Shown: positions 50,503-62,312, counted from the first letter of the stretch. The stretch: 64,000 nt of DNA from an uncultured Acidobacteriota bacterium (GCA_963779415.1 CAVZYA010000002.1:1024001-1088000), one strand, 5' to 3'. The notes: a model not told the origin generated them from the sequence alone. Numbers and translations: made by a program.

Positions 50503-51204
50503 ATGAGACCGAAAGAGACGGAGAGCCCAAGGCGCGTCCTCGCGATCGACGTCGGCGGGACGCACGTGAAGATCCTCGTAACGGGGGAGAACGAGCCGCG
50601 GAAGTTCCAGTCCGGCATGGAGATGACGCCCGAACGGATGGTCGCTGGTGTCAGAGAACTGGCCGGAGATGGGACGTACGACGCCATCTCGATCGGGTAT
50701 CCGGGTCCTGTCGTCGGGGGCGCTCCGGCGGCCGAGCCGCACAACCTCGCTCACGGCTGGGTCGGATTCGACTTCGAAGCCGCCTTCGGATGCCCGGTCA
50801 AGCTGATCAACGACGCGGCGATGCAGGCTCTCGGGAGCTACAGGGGCGGGACGATGCTCTTTCTCGGCCTCGGGACGGGCCTCGGCTCGGCGCTCATCGC
50901 CAACGGCACCCTGGTCCCGATGGAGCTCGGGCACCTTCCGTACAAGAAGGGCACGTTCGAGGATTACACGGGCATTCGCGGGCTGGAGAGATACGGCGAG
51001 GAGAAGTGGCGCCAGGCCGTCTCGAACGTCGTGGAGCGGTTCACGTCGGCCCTCTTCCTGGACGACGTCGTCCTCGGAGGGGGAAACGCGAAGAAGCTGA
51101 AGGAACTCCCTCCCGGCTGCCGACTCGGAGACAACGCCAACGCCTTTCTGGGGGGCTTTCGCCTCTGGAAGGGCAGGGAGAGCGGGAAGAGGAGCACACC
51201 ATGA
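50503..51204 (+). CDS. ppgK: ROK-family sugar kinase (polyphosphate glucokinase-like)
   Basis: [39 protein letters not shown]. Confidence 0.82.
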   Translation: MRPKETESPRRVLAIDVGGTHVKILVTGENEPRKFQSGMEMTPERMVAGVRELAGDGTYDAISIGYPGPVVGGAPAAEPHNLAHGWVGFDFEAAFGCPVKLINDAAMQALGSYRGGTMLFLGLGTGLGSALIANGTLVPMELGHLPYKKGTFEDYTGIRGLERYGEEKWRQAVSNVVERFTSALFLDDVVLGGGNAKKLKELPPGCRLGDNANAFLGGFRLWKGRESGKRSTP

Positions 51205-52217
51205 AACTCGGAATGATCGGGGTCGGGCGGATGGGGGCGAACATGGTTCGCCGGCTGATCGGCGGCGGCCACGACTGTGTCGTCTTCGACATGTCGCCCG
51301 AGGCGGTGGCCGGACTCGTCAAGGAGAAGGCAGTCGGCGCCTCCTCTCTCGCCGACTTTGTGAAGAAGCTTGCTAAACCCCGTGCGGTCTGGCTGATGGT
51401 CCCAGCGGCCGTCGTCGACAAGACGATCGCCGACCTTTTTCCCCTGCTCGAAAAGGGGGACGTCGTCATCGACGGCGGCAACTCCTACTACGTCGACGAC
51501 ATCCGCCGCGCGAAGGAACTCGCGGCAAAGGGCGTTCACTACGTGGACGTCGGGACGAGCGGCGGCGTCTGGGGCCTCGAGCGGGGCTACTGCATGATGA
51601 TCGGGGGCGAGACGGACGTCGTGCAGCATCTCGACCCGATCCTCAAGCGGCTCGCCCCGGGCCGGGGGGACGTCCCGCTGACGCCGGGACGCGACAAGGT
51701 GAAAGGGACGGCGGAGGAGGGCTACCTCCACTGCGGGCCGAACGGGGCGGGCCACTTCGTCAAGATGGTCCACAACGGAATCGAATACGGGCTCATGGCT
51801 GCCTACGCCGAAGGGCTCGGCATCCTCCGCGCCGCGAACGTCGGAAAGGGAGATCACGCGGTCGACGCCGAGACGACGCCGCTCCGGGACCCCGAGCACT
51901 ACCAGTACGACCTGAACCTTCCCGACATCACAGAGGTCTGGCGGCGCGGGAGCGTCATCGCGTCGTGGCTCCTCGACCTGACGGCCGCGGCCCTGATCGA
52001 GGACCCGGCCCTCGCGAAGTTCGCCGGGCGCGTCTCGGATTCCGGCGAGGGGCGCTGGACGATCAAGGCCGCCATCGACGAGGCGGTCCCCGCTCCCGTC
52101 CTGACCACGGCGCTCTACGAGCGGTTCGCGTCCCGCGGCGAGGCGGAGTTTCAGAACAAGCTCCTCTCGGCGATGCGCTACGAGTTCGGCGGCCATCTCG
52201 AAAAGCCGTCGAAGTGA
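51201..52217 (+). CDS. gnd: 6-phosphogluconate dehydrogenase, decarboxylating (short form)
   Basis: [44 protein letters not shown]. Confidence 0.96.
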   Translation: MKLGMIGVGRMGANMVRRLIGGGHDCVVFDMSPEAVAGLVKEKAVGASSLADFVKKLAKPRAVWLMVPAAVVDKTIADLFPLLEKGDVVIDGGNSYYVDDIRRAKELAAKGVHYVDVGTSGGVWGLERGYCMMIGGETDVVQHLDPILKRLAPGRGDVPLTPGRDKVKGTAEEGYLHCGPNGAGHFVKMVHNGIEYGLMAAYAEGLGILRAANVGKGDHAVDAETTPLRDPEHYQYDLNLPDITEVWRRGSVIASWLLDLTAAALIEDPALAKFAGRVSDSGEGRWTIKAAIDEAVPAPVLTTALYERFASRGEAEFQNKLLSAMRYEFGGHLEKPSK

Positions 52218-52227
52218 GGAGAAGGAC

Positions 52228-53604
52228 ATGAGCGCTCCCCGATCGGACGCCCTCGTTTTCTTCGGGGCGACGGGCGATCTCGCTTACAAGAAGATCTTCC
52301 CGTCGCTCCAGGCGATGCTGAAGCGCAACCACCTCGACGTGCCGGTCGTCGCCGTCGCGAAGGCCGGCTGGAACCTCGACCAGATGAAGGCCCGCGCGAA
52401 GGACAGCCTCGAAAAGCACGGCGGGCTCGACCCCATTGCCTTCACGACGCTCTCCGGGCTCCTCCGGTACGTCGACGGCGACTACAACGACCCCGCGACG
52501 TTCGCGGCGATCAAGAAGAAGCTGGGCACTGCGAGTCGGCCGGCGCACTACCTCGCCATCCCCCCGGTCCTCTTCGGCAAGGTCGTGGAGCAGCTCGGGA
52601 CGTCAGGCCTCTCGGAGAATGCCCGCGTCATCGTCGAGAAGCCGTTCGGAACGGACCTCGCCTCGGCGAGAGAGCTGAACCGGATCCTCTTTTCGGAGTT
52701 TCCGGAGTCGTCGATCTTCCGGATCGACCACTACCTCGGCAAGAAGCCGGTCCAGGCTGTCCTCGTCTTCCGGTTCGCGAACGCGTTCATGGAGCCGTTC
52801 TGGAACCGGAACTACGTCGAAAGCGTCCAGATCACGATGGCGGAGAACTTCGGCGTCCAGGGGCGGGGCGCGTTCTACGACCAGACGGGGACGATTCGGG
52901 ACGTCATTCAGAACCACATCTTCCAAGTTCTCTGCAACCTGACGATGGAGCCCCCCGTCCGGACCGACAGCGAATCGGTCCGGGACGAGAAGGTCAAGAT
53001 GCTGAAGGCCATCCCGGACCTCGAGCCGGCCGAGCTCGTCCGCGGGCAGTTCACCGGCTTCAGGTCGGAGCCGGGCGTGGCAAAGGACTCGAAGACTGAG
53101 ACGTTCGCCGCGCTGAAGCTGGAGATCGACTCGTGGCGCTGGAAGGGCGTCCCCTTTTACATCCGCGCCGGGAAGTCGCTCCCCGTCACCTGCACGGAAG
53201 TCCTCGCCCGGCTCAAGAAGCCGCCGACGGTCATCAAGGAGAGCAGGCTCCACCAGAACACGCTTCGATTCCGGATCAGTCCCGAGCCGACCGTTGCCCT
53301 TGGCACGATGATCATGGGCGCCTCGGACGATATGACCGGCCAGACGGCGGAGCTGGTGGCGAGCCGCCACCCGGCGGCCGGCGAGGCCGACGCCTACGAG
53401 CGGGTCCTGACCGATGCCATCGCGGGGGACGCGACCCTCTTCGCGCGCCAGGACTACGTCGAGGAGGCCTGGCGGATCGTCGACCCGGTTCTGAGGGCAG
53501 GAACGCCCGTCTTCGGGTACGCCCCCGGCTCGTGGGGGCCGGCAGAGGTCGAGCAGCGTCTCACGCCTCCCGGTGGCTGGAACGATCCGAAGGAAGGAGC
53601 CTGA
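52228..53604 (+). CDS. zwf: Glucose-6-phosphate 1-dehydrogenase
   Basis: [38 protein letters not shown]. Confidence 0.97.
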   Translation: MSAPRSDALVFFGATGDLAYKKIFPSLQAMLKRNHLDVPVVAVAKAGWNLDQMKARAKDSLEKHGGLDPIAFTTLSGLLRYVDGDYNDPATFAAIKKKLGTASRPAHYLAIPPVLFGKVVEQLGTSGLSENARVIVEKPFGTDLASARELNRILFSEFPESSIFRIDHYLGKKPVQAVLVFRFANAFMEPFWNRNYVESVQITMAENFGVQGRGAFYDQTGTIRDVIQNHIFQVLCNLTMEPPVRTDSESVRDEKVKMLKAIPDLEPAELVRGQFTGFRSEPGVAKDSKTETFAALKLEIDSWRWKGVPFYIRAGKSLPVTCTEVLARLKKPPTVIKESRLHQNTLRFRISPEPTVALGTMIMGASDDMTGQTAELVASRHPAAGEADAYERVLTDAIAGDATLFARQDYVEEAWRIVDPVLRAGTPVFGYAPGSWGPAEVEQRLTPPGGWNDPKEGA

Positions 53605-53605
53605 G

Positions 53606-55753
53606 ATGAGTTCCATGGCACCAAACGTGAGCGGCGTGGGCGCCCCGGGCCGACGCACGGTCTACAGCATGTGCGGCATGTGCGCGGTCCGCTGCCCGAT
53701 GGAAGTGACCGTCGAGGACGGTCGGGTGGCCTGGATTCAGGGTAATCCGCACGACAAGGCCATCGGCACCAGCCTCTGTGCGAAGGGCGCGGCCGGGCTG
53801 TCCTTCGAGTTCGACGACCAGCGGCCGCAGTCGCCGCTGATCCGTACCGGCCCGCGGGGCAGCGGCCAGTGGCGGCGGGCGTCCTGGGACGAGGCCCTTG
53901 ACTACGTCGCCGACAAGCTGAAGGAGACGATCGAAGCTTTCGGGGGGCGCGGAATCGCGCTTTCCGACCGCGGCGGCCCCTTCAACGACCTGACCCGCAC
54001 CTTCGTGCAGGCGCTCGGCTCGCCGAACTACTTCAACCACGACGCCACCTGCAATGCCAATGCTCATAACGCCGGGCGCTCTATTTACGGCTTCGGCAGC
54101 GCCGGGCTCATCTTCGACCTCCCAAACACGAAGCACCTCGTGCTCTACGGCCGCAACATCGTCGAATCGCTGATGGTCAAGGAGGCCAAGGCCTTCATGG
54201 GCGCGCTGGCGAAGGGAATGCGCGTCACGTACATCGATCCGCGCGCGAGCATCACGGCGTGCAAGGCTACCCGCTATTGGCAAGTGCGGCCGAACAGCGA
54301 CTACGCCTTGAACCTCGCCATCATTCACGAAGTCCTGGAGACGCAGGCGTACGACAAGGACTTCGTCGAGCGCTTCGTCACCGGCATGGAGTCGCTGCGA
54401 GAAGCGGTCCGGGAGACGACGCCCGAGTGGCAGGAAGCCCGCACCGGCGTTCCCGCCGGCGAGCTTCGCGCTTTCGTGAAGGAGATCGCCGGGCAGGTTC
54501 CGCACGTCATCTTCCATCCGGGCTGGATGACGGCGCGCCACAAGCAGTCGTCCTACGTCAGCCGCACGGCGCTGATCCTGAACGCGCTCATGGGCAACAT
54601 CGAGATCCCCGGCGGCTGCGTGATCGCCAAGCCGCCCGAGTACTACGGCCGCAAGAGCCTGAAGCCGCTGGTTTCTCGCGTGCCGGCGGTCACGGAGCCG
54701 CGCGTGGACGGCGCGGGCACCACCCGGCCGTCCTGGGACCCGGCGATCGGGATGCTGCACCGGCTGTTCGCCGCCCTCGAGACCGGTCAGCCCTACGGAA
54801 TCGGCGCCTACGTGGCCTATCGCCACGATCCCCTGACCGGCATGCCCGACGTGGAGGCAATGAAGCGCGCGCTGGACAAGCTGAAGCTTCTCGTCTCGAT
54901 CGACGTCCGCTACTCGGAAACGGGCTGGTACTCCGACGTCATCCTGCCCGAATCGACCTACCTCGAGCGCGCCAACATCCTCGCTCAGATGCCCGGTCCC
55001 GTGCCCGTCTTTCTCATGCGCGACCAGGCGATCGCCCCGCGCTTCGACAGCCGCCCGGCCTGGTGGATCTTCCGCGAGATCCTGCGCCGCATGGACGTCA
55101 AGGAAGCGCTGGACTTCGAGACCATCGAGGAGATCTGGAACTACCAGCTCGAGGGCACGGGCGTCACCGTCGCCGAGATGCGCGAGCAGGGCATCGTCGC
55201 GCTGGCGGTCGCGCCGAAGCTCACACCGCGCGACAAGCTCAGGTTCCCGACCCCCTCCGGCAAGATCGAGATCGACAGCGACGTCCTGAAGAAGGCGGGG
55301 CTGGCCAGCCTGCCGCCCTACGAGCCGAAGGTCGCGCCGTCGGGCGATCACTTCACCCTGCTGTTCTCGAAGACCGCGACGCTGGCGCACGGCCAGTCCC
55401 TCAACAACCCCCTCCTCAACGGGATCGCGCCGGAACAGGTGCTCTGGATCCATCCCGACCGCGCAAGGCCGCTCGGCATCGGCGACGGCACGGAGGTCGA
55501 GGTCAGCGGCGGCGGAGCCTACGTCGGAAAGATGAAGGCCCGGGTCACCCCCTGGATCCACCCGGAGGCGGTCTTCATGCTGCACGGCTACGGGGCGACG
55601 GTTCCGGTCGCGACGCGTGCCCTCGGCCGAGGCGTCGCCGACCAGCGTCTGCAGCACGGCAAGCTCGACGAGTTCGACCCGGCCGGCGGCGGCTGCGCCC
55701 TGACCGAGACCATCGTCCGGATAAAGCCGGCGGCGGAGGAGGTGAGGCCGTGA
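53606..55753 (+). CDS. Molybdopterin oxidoreductase, thiosulfate/polysulfide reductase (PhsA/PsrA)-like, no Tat signal
   Basis: CGMCAVRC...LCAKG Fe-S motif, SWDEALD, HDATC putative Mo ligand Cys, SDVILPESTYLER, FPTPSGKIE. Confidence 0.88.
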   Translation: MSSMAPNVSGVGAPGRRTVYSMCGMCAVRCPMEVTVEDGRVAWIQGNPHDKAIGTSLCAKGAAGLSFEFDDQRPQSPLIRTGPRGSGQWRRASWDEALDYVADKLKETIEAFGGRGIALSDRGGPFNDLTRTFVQALGSPNYFNHDATCNANAHNAGRSIYGFGSAGLIFDLPNTKHLVLYGRNIVESLMVKEAKAFMGALAKGMRVTYIDPRASITACKATRYWQVRPNSDYALNLAIIHEVLETQAYDKDFVERFVTGMESLREAVRETTPEWQEARTGVPAGELRAFVKEIAGQVPHVIFHPGWMTARHKQSSYVSRTALILNALMGNIEIPGGCVIAKPPEYYGRKSLKPLVSRVPAVTEPRVDGAGTTRPSWDPAIGMLHRLFAALETGQPYGIGAYVAYRHDPLTGMPDVEAMKRALDKLKLLVSIDVRYSETGWYSDVILPESTYLERANILAQMPGPVPVFLMRDQAIAPRFDSRPAWWIFREILRRMDVKEALDFETIEEIWNYQLEGTGVTVAEMREQGIVALAVAPKLTPRDKLRFPTPSGKIEIDSDVLKKAGLASLPPYEPKVAPSGDHFTLLFSKTATLAHGQSLNNPLLNGIAPEQVLWIHPDRARPLGIGDGTEVEVSGGGAYVGKMKARVTPWIHPEAVFMLHGYGATVPVATRALGRGVADQRLQHGKLDEFDPAGGGCALTETIVRIKPAAEEVRP

Positions 55754-56266
55754 GCACGTACGTTCTGCGCCACGACGAGCCGAACTGCATCGCCTGCCAG
55801 GCCTGCGAGGTGCACTGCGCGACGAACAAGGACCTCGGCCCCGGCCCGGCCCCGTGCAAGATCCTCACCGTCGGGCCGCTCGAGGTCGGCGGACGGCCCC
55901 GCCTTCGCATCACGTTCATGCCGTGCTTCCATTGCGAGGACCCGTGGTGTGTCCGGGCCTGCCCGACCGGCGCGATGCGGCGGCGCGAGAAGGACGGGAT
56001 CGTCTTCGTCGAGTCGAGCGTCTGCATCGGCTGCAAGAGCTGCATGGCCGCCTGCCCGTGGGGGACGCCGCAATGGGATCCGGCCACGCGCAGGGTCGTC
56101 AAGTGCGATTACTGCAAGGACCGGCTCGATGCGGGGCTGAAGCCGGCCTGCGTCACGAAGTGCGTGACGGGCTGCCTTTCGTTCGGCGTCGCCAGCGAGG
56201 CTTCCGGACCCGCGTCGCGAGCGTTACGCCCGCCAGATCCTCGCCGAGCCGCTGGACGGCGCATAG
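55750..56266 (+). CDS. 4Fe-4S dicluster subunit (PsrB/DmsB-like), frameshift near 56200
   Basis: CIACQACEVHC, CFHCEDPWCVRACP, CIGCKSCMAACP, KCDYC...PACVTKC. Confidence 0.9.
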
Positions 56267-56275
56267 GGAGGAGCC

Positions 56276-59246
56276 ATGAGCGAACTCCGGACGCTGCCGG
56301 CGTGGCTCGACCCGGGCGCCAGCGCCCTCTCCGGCGCGGCGCCGCCGGCGCCGACCCTGGAAGGTGCGATGCCCGGCCTCGCCCGGGCCCAGTCGATGAC
56401 GCCCCTCCAGCGGCTGCACCGCCTCCAGGAGTCCGGCCTCGCCGAATGCGGCGGCGCGGGCGAGCCGATCCATCTCGCCTGGCGCCAGTTCCTGCGCGGC
56501 CGCGGGCCTTCGGTGCTCGTGATCGACGCGACCGGCCTCGACGCGCGGTCGCGCGGCTCGGCCGCCGTTCTCGACGGCGCGCCGTGGCTCCTGGCCGAGG
56601 GCGTTCTGATCGCCGTCGGCCTGCGCGACAGCCTCAAGGTCGAGCTGCGTCTGCCCGCCGAACTGAATGGCCGTGAAGCGGCTTTCCTGAATGCCGTCGA
56701 CTCCATCCGTTCGCTCGCCCAGGTCGCCATTCCCGCGCCGGCAGGTGGAGGTGCTGCGCGACAGCCGGCCGGGCTGCTGGGGGGAGGGGCGTCCCGCCGA
56801 CGCGTCCCGGCTCATCCACACGCCGGAGACGTGGTGCCGGATCGCCCTGCTGTTCGCAGGCGCCCCGGACCTCGACGCGTCGCTGCTGACCCTCCGGCGC
56901 GGCCTGGAGCAGCGCGGCCTCGTCGAGCTCCAGCGCGCCGGGAACCTCAGGCGCCAGATCGACGAGTGGGGCGGCGGCGGCGTGGGGCAGAGCGGGGATG
57001 CTCTGCTCGTCTTCGACGACGGGCTGGGCGGCTTCCTGCCGCTCTCCGCCTCGGATCTCGCGTGCGACCCGCTGTCCCTCGCGTCCGCGGGCGTCGTCCC
57101 GGCGCCGTCCACCCTCATGGCCATGGCCGAGGGCGTCTGCGTCGTCAAGCGGACCGGGCGCGCGGTCTACCGGCACTGGCAGCTCGCCGACGGCGAAGAG
57201 GCCCCGGTCCGGGGGGCCCTGGCGCGCGCCGCGCGCCTGATCTCCGAGATCTCGCTCGGCCGCGGCGAGGCCGCGCATCTCGCCGCGCTCGACGCGATGG
57301 CGATGGAGCTCGCCACGCAGGGGCTGGCGGCCGCGTGGCCGCTCGGCAGCTCCCTGCGCCACTACCGCGAGCAGTGGGAGCGCCACGTCCGGCGGGAGTC
57401 CTGCCCGGAGGGGCTCTGCCTTTCGCCGCGGGCCGCGCCCTGCCACAGCACCTGCCCGGCCAACATCGACATCCCGAGCTTCATCGCCCACCTCGGGCAC
57501 GGGGACTATCGCTCCACCATCGAGGTCATCCGGCGCGACAACCCGCTGCCGCTGACCTGCGGCCTGGTCTGCCCGGCGCCGTGCGAATCCGCCTGCGTCC
57601 GCGGCAGCCACGACGGCGCCGTCTTCATCCGGCCGCTGAAGGCCAAGGCGGCCGAGCACTGCCTCGCCGACGGGGGCTACCCGAAACCCGAGCTCGCGCC
57701 CGAAACGGGCAAGCGGATCGGCCTCGTCGGCTCCGGCCCGTCCAGTCTCACGGCGGCCTACTACCTGCGCACCCTTGGCCACGACGTCGAGATCCACGAG
57801 GCGCAGGAGCACGCCGGCGGAATGCTGCGCTACGGCATCCCCGCGTACCGGAATCCCGCCCGATCTGCTCGAAAAGGAGATCGACCAGATCCGGGCCCTC
57901 GGGGTCCGGATTCTCACCGGCTCTCCGGTCGCCAGCGTCGAGGAGTTCCGCAAGAAGTACGACGCCGTCTTCCTCGGGCTCGGCACGCAGAAGGCCCGGC
58001 TGCTGCCGGTCGAAGGCGCCCATCTTCCGTTCGTCCTCGGCGGCATCGACTTCCTCCGCGCCGCGCGGAGTGGAGAGCCGGTGCGCGTCGGGCCGCGCGT
58101 CGTCGTCATCGGCGGCGGAAACGTCTCGATCGACGTCGCCCTGACGGCCCTGCGCCAGGGTGCAAGGCACGTGGACCTGACCTCGCTCGAGAAGCGCCGC
58201 GACATGCCGGCCAGCCCCGACGAGATCGAGCTCGCGGTCGCCGAAGGCGTTCAGGTGCACGCCGGCTGGGGGCCGCTGCGTTTCGAGGAAGAGGGCCTCG
58301 CCGTCTTCCAGTTCTGCGAGCGCGTCAAGGACGAGACCGGCAAGTTCGATCCGAAATTCGACGTCAACCGCCTCCTGCAGCTGGAAGCCGATCACGTCAT
58401 CCTCGCGACCGGCCAGGGCACGGACCTTTCGTGCCTCGAGGGGAGCGGCGTCGAGAACAACCGCGGCTTCATCGTCGCCGACCCGAAGACGAAGATGACG
58501 ACGGTCCCGGGCATCTTCGCCGGAGGCGACGGGCAGCACGGCCCGCGGACGGCGGTGGAGGCGATCCGCTCCGGGAAAGATCGCCGCGGCCTCGATCGAC
58601 GCCTGGCTGCGCGGGACGACGCTCGACGCGGCCGACCGGAACGCCCGTGCGCCGCGCCGAGGTGACGCCGCTGACCGTCGTGGCGGAAGACCGGGCCCAT
58701 CTGCGGCGTGCCGCGATGCCCGAGAGGACGGTCGAAGAGACCGTCGGGGAGGGCAACTACGTCCGGATCGAGGAGGGCCTGACCGACGCGATGGCGCACG
58801 ACGAGGCGCGGCGCTGCCTGCGGTGCGACGTGTGCATCGGCTGCGGCCTCTGCATGGCCGCCTGCAGCGAGATGGGCGTCGAGGCGATCCGCATGGCCGA
58901 CACGCCGGCCGGTCGCCTCGCCCACTACGACTACCTGCGCCCGGGGGAGCGGTGCATCGGCTGCGGCGCCTGCACCGAGGTCTGCCCGACCGGCGCGATC
59001 CACCTCGAGGATCAGGGCGGCGTGCGGCGCACGATCATCACGGGAACCGTCGTGAAGGAACAGCCGCTCCTGACGTGCTGCGAGTGCGGCGCGCCGACGC
59101 AGACGCCGGCTCACCGCGACTTCGTCCGCCGTCGCCTGCCGGATCACATGGTGAGCCACCTGGACCGCGAGCTCTGCACGGCCTGCGCCCGCGGGCGGGG
59201 CGATCGTCCCGGAGTGGGAGCGAACGTGGTGGCGCCGCCGGGGTAG
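56276..59246 (+). CDS. Multidomain flavoprotein: degenerate NuoF-like region + GltD/SudA-like FAD/NAD(P) domain + ferredoxin (three frameshifts)
   Basis: APCHSTCPA, CGLVCPAPCESAC, VGSGPSSL, GGMLRYGIP, VIGGGNV, FAGGD, EARRCLRC, two CIGCGxC motifs. Confidence 0.85.
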
Positions 59247-59276
59247 CTCCCGGCATCCCCGATCGCGCCCCTGCGG

Positions 59277-60896
59277 CTACAGCATCGAGTCGACCGGCAG
59301 CGCGCGCAGCAGGTTCGCAGTCAGCTTCTTCCAGAAGCCCGCGTAGGGCTCGGAGTCGAAGACGACCTGTCGGCCCTCTGTCGTTCCCGTCCAACGCAGC
59401 GTCTCGCGGCCGCCCACGCCACGGGCAAGGCCCACCCGGAAGGCCACCTTGTCCACGTTCTCGTCGAAGCTCTTTGCGGCGCCGCCTGCGACCGTCGGCT
59501 CGTGGAAAAGGATCCCGATTTCGTCGTTCAGAAACAGGGAGCGCTGGTCGAAGTTGAACGAGCCCACGAACATCGTCGTGCCATCGATTGCCATGGTCTT
59601 GGCGTGCAGGCTCGACTTGCTCAGGCCGGGAAGCCAGGTGAACAGCGTGCGTTCCAGGTCCTTGACCTGCTCGTTCAGCTCGTAGAGCTGCACCCCGCTT
59701 CGAACGAGCTGCTTGCGGTGCCGCATGTACCCGGCGTGCACCGCGGTTACGTCGTTGGAGACGAGTGAGTTGGTCAGAATCCGAACCTTCACTCCCTTGC
59801 GGCTCAGGTCGCACAGCGCGTCGGCGCCGACCTGGCCGGGTACGAAGTAGGGCGAAACGAGAATGAACTCCCGCGTCGCCGCTCGGATGACCGGCGCGAG
59901 CTGCGAGATGAGGAGTTCGTCGCGCCAGGCACCGTCCCGGTCCTGCTTGACGGCCGGGTCGTGAATGACCCGGGCCGTCGCGAAGAGGAAGCGGAGCGTT
60001 CGGTCTCTCAACGACTGAGTCAACGTGGAGGCATTCAGGGCCTCGACGTATGCCGACGCGGCGTCCTGGCGCGCGGCGTCGGCCAGGGTGCCGCGGAGCT
60101 TCTCCAGGGCCCCGGCGGGCGCGGGACGGATCAACGTGCCGGCCGGCCGGGCGTGCGGGCTGTTCCAGTACTCGTCGAAGGCCCCGGAGACTTCCGCCAC
60201 GACCGGTCCGATCGCCATGACGTCGAGATCGGTGAACGCAAGGCTCGGGTCCGCCTGAAAGTACTCGTCGCCGATGTTGCGGCCGCCGACGATGGAGACC
60301 TGGCTGTCCACGGTGAAACTCTTGCTGTGCATCCGATGATTCACCGTCCTGAACCGCGTGAGGAACTGGAGGGTCTTCGATCGCCGGCGCTTGAAGGGGT
60401 TGAACAGCCGCACGTCGACGCCGCGGTGGGAGTCGATTGCCGACCACACGTCGTCGGCCTCCCCGCCGTACATGTCGTCGATCAGCATGCGTACCCGTAC
60501 GCCCCGGTCGGCGGCCTCGACGAGCTCCCGGAGCAGGAGCCTCCCGACGGTGTCCTGGTGGAACATGTAGTACTGCACGTCGATGCTGCGCTCGGCGTGG
60601 CGCGCGTTCACGGCCCGCGCCACGAACGCGTCGCGTCCGCTGCCCAGCAGGTGAACGCCGGAAAGCCCCGCGTGCTGCTCCAGCTGGGGCCGAAACGTCC
60701 TGCCAAGGGTCGTGCTCTCGCCGTCGCCGATCGTGAAGGAGATCGCGAGACCTCCGCCTGCTTCGATCGTCGCATCCGTGCCGAACGGCACCGAGGAGAC
60801 GTCCACCTTCTTGCCGGCCTTGACCGTCGTCTCGGTTTCGTCGGCGAACGGCAGGAACGGCAGGGCGGCGAGCGTCGGCAGGGTTCGCGTTCTCAT
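59277..60896 (-). CDS. Phospholipase D family protein (ClsC/YmdC-like)
   Basis: Two HKD motifs: HSKSFTVD...GGRN and HAKTMAID...GSFN. Confidence 0.92.
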   Translation of the reverse strand: MRTRTLPTLAALPFLPFADETETTVKAGKKVDVSSVPFGTDATIEAGGGLAISFTIGDGESTTLGRTFRPQLEQHAGLSGVHLLGSGRDAFVARAVNARHAERSIDVQYYMFHQDTVGRLLLRELVEAADRGVRVRMLIDDMYGGEADDVWSAIDSHRGVDVRLFNPFKRRRSKTLQFLTRFRTVNHRMHSKSFTVDSQVSIVGGRNIGDEYFQADPSLAFTDLDVMAIGPVVAEVSGAFDEYWNSPHARPAGTLIRPAPAGALEKLRGTLADAARQDAASAYVEALNASTLTQSLRDRTLRFLFATARVIHDPAVKQDRDGAWRDELLISQLAPVIRAATREFILVSPYFVPGQVGADALCDLSRKGVKVRILTNSLVSNDVTAVHAGYMRHRKQLVRSGVQLYELNEQVKDLERTLFTWLPGLSKSSLHAKTMAIDGTTMFVGSFNFDQRSLFLNDEIGILFHEPTVAGGAAKSFDENVDKVAFRVGLARGVGGRETLRWTGTTEGRQVVFDSEPYAGFWKKLTANLLRALPVDSML

Positions 60897-61114
60897 TGAG
60901 GAATCCTCTCACTTCGCTTGTCTGAAGTGTTCACGACGTCGTCACGGAAGCCCCCGGAGTTCCGTTTTCTTGAGCGTAAATCTCGCGCCGTCCCATGTAC
61001 ACGAAGAAGGCGGGCGGCGCGCATTGCCCCAAAGAACCGCACAGGAAACGCGGCCGGCGTTGGGCGAGTCACCTCGCGGCGGTCAGGACGGGCCGGCTCG
61101 GATTAAGATCGCGC

Positions 61115-62182
61115 ATGCCTCGCTGGACATGGCTCGTTCCCTCCGCCGCGTTGCTTCTACTTACCACAGCCGTCGTCGTGGGTGTCAGCCCTCTGCTCAC
61201 CGTCTTGAGTGCGGCGACGCTCATCGGCGCGGTCATCGCCGCGGTGCACCACGCCGAAGTGGTCGCGCATAGGGTGGGTGAGCCGTTCGGGACGCTCGTA
61301 CTCGCGGTGGCGGTCACGGTCATCGAGGCCTCACTCATCCTCTCGATGATGCTGGCCGGTGGTGCGGGCAAGGCGATGCTTGCGCGCGACACGATCTTCT
61401 CGGCCATCATGATCATCACCAACGGCGTGATCGGAATCTGCCTCCTGGTTGGGGGGCTGCGCCACCGCGAGCAGTCGTTTCGCGTCGAGGGAGCCGGGCC
61501 GGCGCTCGCCGCGCTGATCGCCCTCGCGACGCTCTCGCTCGTTCTGCCATCGTTCACGACGACCACGCCGGGCGCGACGTACAGCACCCCACAACTGGCC
61601 TTCGCGGCCGTGGCCTCACTCACGCTGTGGGCGGTGTTCGTCTTCGTGCAGACGGTACGGCACCGGGACTACTTCCTGCCCGTCACAGGTGCCGCGGACG
61701 AGAACACGCACGCCCCGGCACCGTCGAAAGGACAAGCGTGGGCGAGTTTCGGCCTGCTGCTCCTGTCGCTCGTGGCGGTCGTTGGCCTCGCCAAGGTGCT
61801 TTCGCCCACGATCGAGCGAGCCGTCGTCGCCGCCGGTGCGCCCGAGGCGGTGATCGGGATCGCGATTGCCATGCTCGTACTACTTCCCGAGACATGGTCC
61901 GCGGTGCGGGCCGCCCGGGCCGACCGGCTTCAGACAAGTATTAACCTCGCCCTCGGCTCGGCCCTCGCCACCATCGGCCTCACGATCCCCGTCGTCGCGA
62001 TCGCGTCGGTGACGTTTCACATCCCGATGACGCTCGGCCTCGAGCCCACGGGGGTCGTGATGCTCACACTCAGCTTTGTCGTGGGCTCGATCACATTGGG
62101 CACCGGCCGGACCAACATGATGCAGGGCGCGGTGCACCTCGTGATCTTCGCGGTGTACCTGTTCCTCTCGTTTGTTCCCTGA
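61115..62182 (+). CDS. chaA: Ca2+/H+ antiporter (ChaA family)
   Basis: AVHHAEVVAHRVGEPFGTLVLA, VLLPE, NLALGSALATIGLTIP, QGAVHLV. Confidence 0.9.
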   Translation: MPRWTWLVPSAALLLLTTAVVVGVSPLLTVLSAATLIGAVIAAVHHAEVVAHRVGEPFGTLVLAVAVTVIEASLILSMMLAGGAGKAMLARDTIFSAIMIITNGVIGICLLVGGLRHREQSFRVEGAGPALAALIALATLSLVLPSFTTTTPGATYSTPQLAFAAVASLTLWAVFVFVQTVRHRDYFLPVTGAADENTHAPAPSKGQAWASFGLLLLSLVAVVGLAKVLSPTIERAVVAAGAPEAVIGIAIAMLVLLPETWSAVRAARADRLQTSINLALGSALATIGLTIPVVAIASVTFHIPMTLGLEPTGVVMLTLSFVVGSITLGTGRTNMMQGAVHLVIFAVYLFLSFVP

Positions 62183-62312
62183 GGGCCGTAGGGGCGGACA
62201 GGAAGCAGGCGGCGCCCACGCCGTCTCCGGGAAAACCGGCGTCCCGGTCGCGGCGGCAGATGTATGATTCCGCGTGACCTCGACGGTCGGTCCCGAGGCA
62301 GAGATCACGGCC

